NCBI RefSeq assembly: GCF_006345805.1
Contig: NC_043000.1
Span: 52,266,001 to 52,330,000, forward strand
Length of the DNA: 64,000 nucleotides
Direction: 5' to 3'
Source: Octopus sinensis
Lineage: Eukaryota
Of the stretch, positions 52,632-64,000 are shown piece after piece. The stretch's first letter is position 1. Each line of letters begins with the position of its first letter. A program made the translations under genes and the position numbers. Below the pieces are notes generated by a model. It was not told where the DNA came from. It worked only from the letters and a program-made list of their open reading frames with translations, and ran no database searches.

Positions 52632-52839
52632 TATATGAGAGAGATATTGCCATCCAGAATACCCAAAGTAGCAGGTAACGCTACGTAAGTGCTGTGGAAG
52701 GACCGTAGTTAAACTCTCGGTTCGATACTGATACGAGTGAGGAGTCTAATGGGGATCTTGTATGAGCTTGTATATGTTCAATGAAATGAGACTACAGAGC
52801 CAAGATTCTGTGAAATTTTCAGAACACTTAATAAAGTTA

Positions 52840-53420
52840 GTCTTGCAGCTGTTTCTGGCATACCAGAGATATCTCTTCATCAGAAGCGATGTGTGATGTT
52901 TAAATAGAGGGAAATATTAGAGGAGTTTTAAAGGGCAGAAAAGTTTTAGGAATATATCTAAAAATGACTTAGTTGTTGTGTATGTGTTTAAGGTCCAGCA
53001 TCTATTGGTCTTAGTTTGAGGTCAGTAGGCCTTAGTATTATTTATTTTCACGTATATATGTTCTCGAAAATCTTATAATGTAGAGAAAATCTGTTTGAAT
53101 TAGCAAAAAATGTCCGTTAGAGGAGTATGACTTCGAGTAAGATTTCAAATACGACAAATACAAAATGTTGCTTCCGTAGATTTTTTATCGCAACTCATTT
53201 TCTAAATCTGAAGAATTTCTAGCCTTCTCTGAAGTTACATTGGTTATTTTGCAGCAGGTACAAATACGACAAATACAAAATGTTGCTTCCGTAGATTTTT
53301 TATCGCAACTCATTTTCTAAATCTGAAGAATTTCTAGCCTTCTCTGAAGTTACATTGGTTATTTTGCAGCAGGTACAACCTAAAAGCAATAAAAGCCAAT
53401 ATTGTTAGCTACAAACATAT
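52840..53420 (-). mobile_element. Decayed Penelope-like 3' end with an atypical hammerhead-like motif (52840-52887)
   Basis: Faint GIY-YIG-like remnants. The motif is CUGAUGA...GAAA-CAGCUG (palindromic stem III), with non-canonical stem II and position 16.1. Confidence 0.4.
53146..53375. repeat. Exact 115-bp tandem duplication
   Basis: 53146-53260 is identical to 53261-53375. Confidence 0.95.
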
Positions 53421-54110
53421 ATGATATTTAGAAAACTAAGTTCTAATGTGAAAGTTATTGAATTAGATCTCATTACTTGTACTTTCCTAGTAAACAAAAA
53501 CCAGACATGTATACACCACGCACGCGCACGCGCATATATACACGCTTACACATATGCATACAAATATATTTACGCACATGTATACATAGACACAGACACA
53601 CACACACAAACATACACATACCCATATATATATAGTGTGTATGTAAACTGGTATGTCTCTTGACAACAGTAAATCAATGCCAATTTCACCAAAGTGTGGA
53701 ACACAGAAAACTATTCATCCACGGAAGACTTCTAATTGCGTAGTACTGCTTATCAAATGTAATCAAACAATGAATTGAACTTTCTACCAACATACATTAA
53801 AAGATAAACTATAATCTATGTTCGGAGATCGTTAAATGATGATAATCCTTCTCCTAAAATGTCCATGGGTATTGCTGATATTTATAGAGCTTGATAATCA
53901 TTCGCTCCTCGAAATAACGTTACTAATAATCTACATGACACACATCGTGTACGCTTTACAAACTGAATGTTGTGGGTTTACTTTTTATATTATGACAAAG
54001 TTTGAAATATTTACACCTCTAATTCATAAATGTTATATACTTAATAAAGAAATTCTTTTTGATATTATGATAGAAAACTTTCTTTCCCTAATATTTTATT
54101 TCGTTATTGC

Positions 54111-54149
<39 letters not shown>

Positions 54150-54155
<6 letters not shown>

Positions 54156-54525
54156 CGGGAAGCTTTATGAAAATAAACAAAAGACGAAGGCAGGTGGAAG
54201 ACAAACGAACAATTGTATTAGTATGGCGCTCAGGAAATATAAATAAAACAAGTCTTTAACGTTTCGAGCCTACGCTCTTCAACAGAAAGATACACAGAGA
54301 GAGAAAAACACAGAAAGAAGGAGAGAAAAAAAATGCGTGCAGTAGCTAACGAATCAACATGGCGATCTGATTTCGGCCAGAGGTCAAAGATCAAACATGA
54401 GACGCGAGAGCGAAATAAGGGGAGATAATAGGGTTGATAAAAGGGTTGAGTGACCAGCTAAAAGTGCGTGGGAGGGGTCTGGATGTGTGTATGTATAGGG
54501 TTGGTGTATGTATTAGTATGTATAC

Positions 54526-54560
<35 letters not shown>

Positions 54561-56013
54561 AGAGAGTATTAGTGCGTAAGATTGGTCTGGACGTGCGTAT
54601 GTATGGGGTTGGTGTATGTATTAGTATGTATTAGTATGTATTAGTACGTATTGGTATGTATAGGTGTGTGTGTGTGTGTGTGAGAGAGTATAAGTGCGTA
54701 TGCGGGGTCTGGACGTGTGTATGTATAGGGTTGGTGTAAGTATTAGTATGTACTAGTATGTATTAGTACGTATTAGTATGTATTAGTTGGTGTGTGTATT
54801 AGTATGGCACATCATATGTGATGTGATGTGTAAAGTCATGTGGTGTAGTGAGGAGAAAAGGGGGAGGGGGAGAAGAGGGGGATAGAAGGGGAGGGGAAGA
54901 AGAGGGGGAGGAGAAGGGGGAAGAGGAGACGATGGGGGAGAAGGAAGGTGAGGAGGGTGATGAAGGAGGAAAGAGGGAGAGGGGGAGAGAGAGAAGGGGA
55001 GAGAGGGAGTGAGGGAGCAGAGGGAAGGGGAAGAGGGAGGGAGAAAGAGGGAAGAAGGGAAGGGGAGTAGGGGTGAAAGGATGAAGGACTGAAGAAGTTG
55101 GGGTCGGGGGGAGAAAGGATAGGTGAGGATGGGGGAGAGGGGGTTAGATGAGGAGGGGGGGAGAGTTGAGACCAAATGGCGTATAAGAGCGAAGAGAGAA
55201 GATTAATTCCTGTTCACGGCGCAAACGGGAATCCGGATGGCCTCTGTGTAGGGACAAACCGAACACAGATAGGTGTTGCAAGGAGTGACCGGTGGAGCGG
55301 AAATGGCGTGAGACCGGTGTGTCGTTCGCAAGGTGGATGTCACGAAGGTGTTCCGCGAACCGGTCAGCCAAGCGGCGTCCCGTTTGTCCGATGTACAAGG
55401 AATTGCAGAGAGAGCAAGAGATGCAATAGATAATATTGCTGGAGGTGCAGGTGAAGGAGTGGATGATGGGATAGGGTCGATGGTGGGTGCTAGTGAGGCG
55501 GGTGGTGTTGGAGAGGTAAGGGCAAGTGCGGCAACGTGGGCGGGAGCAGGGGAACGAGCCGGGTTGGGAGGTAGGGTCAGGGAAGGAGCTATGGACCAAA
55601 AGGTCTCGAAGGTTGTGGGCTCGTTTGAAAGAGGAGAGGGGTCGGTTAGGGAAGAGGTGTGAAGTGGACGGGTCGGACTGGAGATGACGGAAAGCTCGAA
55701 GAATGGTGCGTTGGAGACGTAGGGTCGTGGGGTGGTAAGTGAGGGGAAAAGGGAGGCGGGAGAGACTACAGGGCGGGTTCGGGGAGAGAGAGCAGATACA
55801 CGGTCCACGGACCGTGCTCTGGCAAGGGCGGTGTGGATAGTGGTGAGGGGGTATCCACGTAGGGTGAAGTGGTGAGCCATACGTTGAGACTGAGTCTCAA
55901 AGTCATGGTCGTCACTACAGAGCCTACGTAGACGGAGGAATTGGGAATAGGGGATGGAAAGCTTGGTGTGTTCTGGGTGGGAGGAAGAGAAGTTGAGGTA
56001 TGAGTTGAGGTAT
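54150..56013 (-). mobile_element. 5'-truncated Neptune-type Penelope-like element (RT thumb, Zn-finger linker, GIY-YIG, pLTR)
   Basis: YLNFSSSHPEHTKLSIPYSQFLRLRRLCS, RGYP, one frameshift near 55765, CSRPRCRTC, IYCISC..YIGQTGRRLADRFAEH..REQELI..GLN*. TA-rich flanks on both sides. Confidence 0.92.
54254..54289 (-). ncRNA. Hammerhead-like motif with a CUGUUGAA core
   Basis: CUUU-CUGUUGAA-GAGC(GUAG)GCUC-GAAA-CG-UU|AAAG. Stems I and II pair perfectly and stem III is the palindromic ACGU. Confidence 0.72.
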
Positions 56014-56320
56014 ATATATATAATATATATATATATTTAATGTAAGTGCGACGATTACAGTATACAGCTGTATTTGTTAAAGTCTCCTTTTATAACAAAA
56101 ACAATTCCGACGCACCTGATACATAAATACCTAAACAAATGATTGTTATATTCATATATACAATGAATATCAAATATATTCACTGTACTTTATTTCATCT
56201 CCACGAAGAAGATTGGGTGAATCGTCAGAGGATAGATCAGAATACTATGCATAACTGGTTCCCGTTTTCTGCTGTCTGAGTTTATTTCTGTTGGTGACCA
56301 ATGTTGGCCTTTCACCTATT

Positions 56321-56790
56321 CTCTGTACATCGGTCAAACGGGACGCCGCTTAGCTGACTGGTTCGCGAAGCACCTCCGAGATATTAGACTCGGCAATGAC
56401 ACTCACATCTGGCACGATTTTCGCTCTACCGGTCATTCACTACAACACCTATCTGCGTTCGGATTGTCATTGCATAAGGGCTATCCGGACTTCCGCCTTC
56501 ACCGTGAACAGGTATTGATCTTCTCTATTTTCTCCTTTGCCCCACATGAGCTCGACTCCGCTCACTCCCCTCCTCTCCTCTCTTCATCTGACAGCTACTT
56601 CCTCTCTTCACTCCTACCCACCTTCTCTCCTCATTGATACCTTACCCCATCCCCGCACCACCACCCCACTAGGAAGTCAACATTTCCATCAAGCCGGCAT
56701 GCTCTGTTTATTTTCTCTTATTCCTTTCTGCTGGAGAGCTTAGGCTCGAAACGTAAAAGACTGTCTCATAGTTAAGAGCTTTCATACTTA
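56321..56790 (+). mobile_element. Older copy of the same Neptune family in opposite orientation, with a degenerate hammerhead at 56724-56759
   Basis: LYIGQTGRRLADWFAKHLRDI..TGHSLQHLS..REQVLIF; motif cttt-ctgctgga-gagc-ttag-gctc-gaaa-cgta-aaag. Confidence 0.85.
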
Positions 56791-56886
56791 TTTAAAACAG
56801 TGACATAAACATAAACGTCATGCGGTGTATACAGTATGAAAAGGTTATCGTAGTAAATATGGTCAGTAATGAACTAGCAATTAAGC

Positions 56887-56975
<89 letters not shown>

Positions 56976-57627
56976 TATATATATACATACATACATACAT
57001 ATATACATACATACATAAGCATATACTGTGTTCGTGTTTCCGTTTGCGTATTGTTCTCCTCTCAATGTCTCTGTATATACGTGAGTCATTGTATGCCTGT
57101 TTGTCTCGTTCGCGTATAGAATTACATAATTTAGTATTCAGAATTAAGGTGGAACTAAACCTTCGTAGATCATCCAACGTTTGACAACGTTAATATTTGC
57201 GTAAACGTAATAACTTATTCCTGGTGCTGATGGCTTCAACATATAATTCTTGAGTATTAAAAATGAATTTTCCCACATGCCTTTTGAAAATGAGTTCTTA
57301 TTACCAGATGTGTTATTACAATTTCAGAAGAAGCCTTTGAAAAGATTGAGCTACAGCACCAGATGCCATTTTAGTGCAATATATTGACAAGAGATTCAAA
57401 CATTAACGGTTTTTCTAAAATGAATGATGGGAATTTTGGAATATTCATGATTGAGTGGTAATCCAGGGAGTGGTAAGTGTTAGTCGTGTGTAACTCAGAT
57501 ATGAAGTAGATTAAAAATAGATTACATATTTATACCTCTTCATACGTGTCAAATACACTTTACTTTACAAATTAGGGTTTTATAGCATAGTCTGTATTCT
57601 TTTCAAATGGAAATAGTACACTCCACA

Positions 57628-57628
<1 letters not shown>

Positions 57629-57707
<79 letters not shown>

Positions 57708-57801
57708 CATCTCTCTCTATCTATCTATTTATCTATCTAGCCATCTCTCTCTCTATCTATCTATCTAACTATTTATCTATCTAGCCATCTCTCTCTCTAT
57801 A

Positions 57802-57837
<36 letters not shown>

Positions 57838-57838
57838 C

Positions 57839-57869
<31 letters not shown>

Positions 57870-57940
57870 CATCTCTCTCTCTCTATCTATTTATCTATAT
57901 ATCCATCTCTCTCTATCTTTCTATATATCTATCTATTTAT

Positions 57941-58030
<90 letters not shown>

Positions 58031-58045
58031 GTCTGTCTGTCTGTA
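57629..58045. repeat. Long (TATC)n/(TC)n microsatellite
   Basis: Directly visible. Confidence 0.95.
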
Positions 58046-59314
58046 TGTCTTTATATCTATCTATCAATCGATCACATTTTTATGCACCTATTTTCCTCAT
58101 CTCACACTGATATCAACTACAACTGTATTTATATAGAAATTATATGTACGAGTCTGAATGTTCGTGTTAACTGTACATTCACAGTGTAGAATAATCGCAA
58201 TATTAATATCTGTAAATATGTTACGGTTCATCAATTAGCCGTTAATATAATTTGTCTGGTATTATTTAGAAAGTGGTAAATTGTATGTGGATGCAATTAC
58301 TTTGCTACCACTTCTTTTTAGGTCTATCTGTATGTTCTTAACTGTATATAAGACGAGAGGAGACTTTTGATTATGGTTAGAAAATGTGTGATACTCATTT
58401 GAAACTGATTACTTGTTAACATCCACCCAGGGAGATCTTTTATTTTGATTCTGTAATTGAATCTGACATTAACAGTAGACGTTGGTCATGCAAAGCAGAT
58501 ACAACGGAGACATTTAATTCATAAAACACCGAAAGACCAACTCCTTTTAAAGATACCAACTGTTTCTACTACAAGAATTTTTAATAATTGAGCGGAAAGC
58601 TATACGAATTGAATGTAATGAAAGTGTAGCCTAAAGGCTGATACGGCTATAGAATAAGCAATGTCAGCCTTTTACAGAGTAATGGCGATGTGTTTGTGGG
58701 ATTCTAGTTCGTGTAACTGTAAAAAATGAATAAAATGATATTGATTTTAAGAACATTACTTTCGAAAAGACAGCAAGTAAACTCAGGAATTTCCTACGCA
58801 AAAATTTGATGTCTATAGCTCGACAAGGAAATTACATAGTACCTATATATCCTACTTCATTACAGTTATTCTCTTGCTACCTTCTGACGTTAGTTTCTAT
58901 TTCCAGCATCTCTGATGAATGTTAGCGTAAGTGAGGTAAATACGGAGATCTGAAATCAGATAACACGATTAATAGAAATCTTTAATCAAAATTAAATATG
59001 ACTTTTTTCTAGAAACCAGTGATAGAAATTTGCTGAATATAGCTCGCTGCTGGTCTCATTCTAGTCAACAATATTGTTTAATCCCAACCGTTGAATACTT
59101 CTACCTTAAATATATTGGACAAGAAAATTGAATTACTATTTCAACTCTAGAAAATGTTTCGTTTCAAATAATGCATTGATATCTTGGCATATTGCTATAT
59201 TGATCAGCATGTAACAAAATGGTTTCAACAGTTACTCTCGAAATAATTATACTCAAACGTTGATATGCATGTTATTCAATTTAGGAGTCGTATTAAGTAA
59301 AGTGCCGATATATA

Positions 59315-60424
59315 CAAGGTGTTCCAGGAAGATTTACCTATATTCAAAACTTTGCATATGTCTTTTGTTGCTGTGCCTATTGCTTTATTCACCTATAACA
59401 GGCTTGTAAACAAACATGTCGTCCAAAGCATGGGGTGAGCAACAAGGATATAACAAAAGAGTAGAATGTGTGCCGTAAAACCGTGTTCAGGATGTGGAAA
59501 CGATATATGGAGTGTTCTACTATCTCTAGCGAGCCAATTCCTGGTAGGAAACGGTTAATTCGTACCAAAGAAACTGTTGGAGCTGTGAAAAAGCGAGTGA
59601 ATCGAAATTCCAGCAGAAGTTCAAGACAAACTGCAAAAGCTCTTGATATTTGGAAATCGTCAATGCACAGGGGTTTTAAAGAGGATTTAAAGTTAACCTC
59701 ATACAAGAAACAATCCCGGCAATTAATTTCAGCAGCTTCCAAAAAGTAAATGGTTCGACAGGAATAAAACCATGTTAGATGAGATCTTCGCCGTGGAGGT
59801 AGTTACAAACAGGCTTTATGCCCGTAATGCAGGAGACTTGCTCGAATGTAGCGGGAGTCATTTACGTGGCGTGGGCAGCAGTTGCATCTGATGGGTTCAA
59901 ATCTCCCTTGATCTTCATCGATGCTGGCGTCAAAGTCAAGAGTGAAGTTTATGTGGAAAAGTTAGCTGAAACCTTTGGTGACCATTACATCTTAACTCAA
60001 GACGGTGCTCCAGCCCACACATCTAATTTGACACAAGTAGTCGAAAAAGCATTTCAGCGATTTTTGGGACAATGAAATATCGCTTTCCTGAAATCCAGAC
60101 ATCATTTCCATAGATTGTACTATCTGGTGTATCTTAAAAGAGTAATATTTCTGCTTAGTCGTATTCAAATGTGTCAGACCTGAAGAAAGTCTTTCTGTCT
60201 TCGTGGGGCAGGTTGAATGAAGAGATGGTACGGCGCTCATGCAACTCAGTGACTACTCGTTTGCAATCTACGACCCAGGCGAATGGCGGTCATTTTGAAA
60301 TGTAATTGCTTCACTGAATTCACAATTTACGTTAGAACGTGTGTGCCAAATTTCATTATCATACCTTAAGTTTATTTTGAATAATTAAGAAATATCAATA
60401 GTTAAAACTTCCTGGGACATTCTG
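59315..60424 (+). mobile_element. Second DD37D (maT)-like transposon, decayed, 1110 bp
   Basis: TA|CAAGGTGTTCCAGGAAG ... CTTCCTGGGACATTCTG|TA. HTH region SRSSRQTAKAL..EDLKLTSYKK, then VAWAAVASDG and TQDGAPAHTS. Confidence 0.87.
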
Positions 60425-60428
60425 TATG

Positions 60429-60484
<56 letters not shown>

Positions 60485-60544
60485 ATATATATATACATAT
60501 GTGTGTGTGTGTGTTTATGTGTGCGCGTGTGTTTGTGTGTGTGT

Positions 60545-60591
<47 letters not shown>

Positions 60592-60602
60592 AAGAGAGAG
60601 AG

Positions 60603-60835
60603 AGCATGGTTTAGTGGTTAGGGTGCTGGGCTCAGTATGCAAGATCGTGGTTTTGAAACCTGGACCGAGTGACGCGCTGCGTTATTGAACAAAACACTTC
60701 ATTTCACGTTGTTTCACTTACCTAGCAAAAAGGAGCAATCGTGCAATGGACCGGCCTTCTGACAGGTTGGGAATATATACTCCATGGAAACCAGGAATCC
60801 GGCCCTACGAAGCTATATGGCTTTGGAAGGAACTT
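60603..60835 (+). mobile_element. tRNA-derived SINE with a distinct head and a family-C-like tail
   Basis: Head tggtttagtggttagg..ggttttgaaacc. The tail gcaatggaccggcc..ccatggaaaccagg resembles 33446-33530. Confidence 0.65.
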
Positions 60836-60870
60836 TGTACCCACACATACGTACGTACATACATATATAT

Positions 60871-60906
<36 letters not shown>

Positions 60907-61225
60907 ATGTTTGTGTGTGTGCGTGTGTGTGCACAATTTAGGTTAGTTGAAATATGTGTGTCACATACACACGCGCGCGCGCAGACACATACACACACAC
61001 ACACATATATATATAGTATACTGTTCTGCGATGGGGTAAGATCAACTAAAGAAGTATTCCATCTGGTGAGAGATAAATATTATTCAATGAACACTACACA
61101 TGTTCTTATGTGCTACGATTTGTTTTACGTGATTCTTTTGTCCCACATTCTGTAACCTCTTCAGTGACTTTCTGTTGATTGTTTTTTTCCTCTTTTCCTT
61201 AGTCTTGTTCTGTCTATTCCATTTT

Positions 61226-61601
61226 GCAATGGCCCAGTGGTTAGGGCTGCGGACTCGCGGTCGTAGGATCGCGGTTTCGATTCCCAGACCGGGCGTTGTG
61301 AGTGTTTATTGAGCGAAAACACCTAAAGCTCCACGAGGCTCCGGCAGGGGATGGTGGTGATCCCTGCTGTACTCTTTCGCCACAACTTTCTTTCACTCTT
61401 TCTTCCTGTTTCTGTTGTACCAGTATTTCAAAGGGCCGGCCTTGTCACTCTCTGTGTCACGCTGAATATCCCCGAGAACTACGTTAAGGGTACACGTGTC
61501 TGTGGAGTGCTCAGCCACTTACACGTTAATTTCACGAGCAGGCTGTTCCGTTGGTCGGATCAACAGGAACCCTCATTGTCGTAACCGACGGAGTGCTTCC
61601 A
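61226..61601 (+). mobile_element. SINE family C head/body with an alternative tail
   Basis: The first ~190 nt match 33245-33435, and the 3' part is unrelated. Confidence 0.85.
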
Positions 61602-61699
61602 TGTATCTTGTGTGCTTGTATCCAGGTTTGTATATTACAACTATTTTTACATGTATTTTCTATTTAGTTATTATTTATTTATTTATTTATTTTTCTATT

Positions 61700-61980
61700 C
61701 CGTCAGGTTGCGGAGTGTCGTGGAGTGAGGTGCGTGCTATTACTCCATCCACGCTTTCAGTTGAGGTTTGGTCTATTTCCTATTATTTGTGTGTCTTCCT
61801 CAATCTGTCTGAGCGTTATGCCTGCCTGTTGAAAGTGTCGATAACTTCCTAACATCTGTGTTCTTTACTGATCCCTTACGTTCTTGGTTAGCATATTGGT
61901 ATAGCAATGACGAGCTTTCTTCCTCCTTGAGCTTCCATCAGTGTTCACTATAGACGGCATTCACTAGAGTTGCAGTTTAT
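61700..61980 (-). mobile_element. Possible RTE LINE fragment
   Basis: A CYTNML-like motif and W.L spacing on the minus strand; degenerate. Confidence 0.35.
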
Positions 61981-64000
61981 CTTTGGGCTTACTCTACACA
62001 CACTATCAGAACAGGGCATTCTTTCAAATGAGTATGTTCTACAAATTAATGAGCCCTTAGACTTCCATGTGACAAAGTGTACCTAAGCAAACACAATATT
62101 TTCTACTTCTGTCCCAGTAGGCCAAGAAGATTTAGACTTACTATCACCTCACTTGCCAAGAAGACCCCTATAGAAAGGTAGAACAGGTGGAACAGAGCCA
62201 TGCAGATCCCCGAAAACCATGATTATGTGAGAAAAATCGTCACGTATGCAGTAGGTGTGAGTACTATTTACTTATTCAGGGGTTTGTTTTGTGATATGCT
62301 CGTGTCTCAATGATTGCCTGAAATAGATAACTAGCAAGACTCTGAAAATCTAGTAAATTTGAGTAAGATGAATAGTGTTTTCATATGAGTTATAACTATA
62401 AAATAGAATTTGGAGACACATGAATACTTTTATTTCTACCAGACAACTTTTCGTGTTATTCTAGGATTGATAATCATGATCGGCGTGTTTAGATAGCAGT
62501 TTGAGGATATATGTACGCAGACGGATTTAAATATGATTTATAATTTTTAAACGTCTGTCTCGTATAGATACATATTAATAGGGTAGATAGATATAAATGT
62601 GTCATTGATGGATTGATGTTGTAATCTGAAATATTTTGAAGTATGTGAAAGTGTATTGTATTAATAATTGATTCTGTGTTGGAATGAATGAATTTTATCA
62701 AAAATAGAGAATAACATTCGAAAACAATAAACATAAGAAAAATGTGAACGTCTATTGTCGTCATAAATACAATAATGTATTTCACTGGTCAAAAGAATGG
62801 AAGATACGAAGGCAAGAATATGAGAACAACCTGTTTGTCACATAAAAGTTTAAGTTTGTTAAACCTTATCAAACAAATTCGAGTGAATATCTGTATTCCA
62901 GAGTAATGGAATAGAAAATCTTTTAATCATCAAATTTATTATAGGGGAATCTTATAAATGATATATAAAATATATAAAATGATATATAAGTTTATGGAGG
63001 TGTGGTTTATATGTATAAGAATTTAGTGCTAAAGAATAAAAGGCAAATAATCAAAACCCATGCAAATAAACAAAATCCTACTGTTTGTTCGTCAATGTTT
63101 GGTACGAGACGTGTGTACTTGTAACAGTTTGAATACTTATATACATCTGGTGGCGATATCCTGCATTTCGAATGTAATTACGATAATATGACGTCCATAT
63201 ATTATTTTACCAAGAGTGTATCGTTGTATAAATAGAATATGCTGTTGATAGATGATTGGATTAAAGAGAACTTAACTCATTCCTACATTCAATAAGGAAG
63301 CCAATTGTTGCTTCCACGCGATCGCCCGACACGATAGAAATAAAATAAAACCTTCCTACCTCTACACACGATACAATACTGCCCAATAAAGGAGGGGATG
63401 GTTATACTTTTAACATTGCCTTTGATCCTCGGTTTGTTTAATCTCGTCTGTGCTGGAGCTAAACATCTACTAAAGCACAAAAACAATGACTAGATGGATC
63501 ATTCCTTGGTATAGAGAAAACTACCACCTCAGCGTGTCTATTTCTCTAAACAATTTCAAATAGAATTGAGATAAGCAAATCCATTTCATATAACGGATTC
63601 AAATTCTACAGGTAATCCTATATTTTCTTACATAAATTATCAAACACAGCTATTAATTTTCGTCATAGGAATATACCGATTTTCAATGCCTTTAATTCTC
63701 TTGAATGAAGCAAATCATGAAAGAATAGAATTACGAGAGTTAACTGTCACTCATGAATAGTCCTTTGAACATCTTCAATAATAAACTTTCGGATATATTT
63801 CAGAAAACATACAAATATATATTGATTAATGAAACCAAAATCTTTGAAGATATTACATTATAGAAAGATAAAAGTTTGTTTATGAATTTCTAAGTTTGTT
63901 TGAATTTTGAATGATAAAGTATTTACGCAAATAGAAATGCTTATATGAATCGGTTTATTGACGTCAATACCATGCCCGATGACATTGGATTAACTAGGGA

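Overview
This is eukaryotic DNA: AT-rich and saturated with microsatellites. The SINE, LINE and Penelope-like repertoire resembles that of an octopus (cephalopod) genome; this is an inference from remembered repeat families, not a database hit. No intact host gene is supportable, and most short ORFs in the track are translations of (TA)n, (TATC)n, (TATG)n, (AAT)n and (TTC)n tracts. The window is a transposable-element graveyard. It contains a CR1-group LINE; about ten fragments of RLE-type (R4/Dong-like) LINEs, seven of them stacked co-directionally between 34.6 and 41.7 kb, mostly between (TAA)n tracts; RTE fragments; several Penelope-like (GIY-YIG) elements; mariner and two DD37D-like Tc1/mariner elements; a Chapaev-like transposase remnant; two long-TIR MITE-like elements; two Helitron-like elements; and several tRNA-derived SINE families that swap heads and tails. 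The most striking signal not explained by the ORF track is a dense set of about 9-10 hammerhead-ribozyme-like motifs from at least 5 unrelated families. All have the minimal type-I architecture with a palindromic stem III, which implies dimer-dependent cleavage. They include one fully canonical copy (19698-19740), a U3:A8 core variant with stem II covariation (23297-23344 and 23641-23684), and a recurrent CUGUUGAA core variant. These motifs often sit in inverted or fold-back structures anchored at (TA)n tracts.
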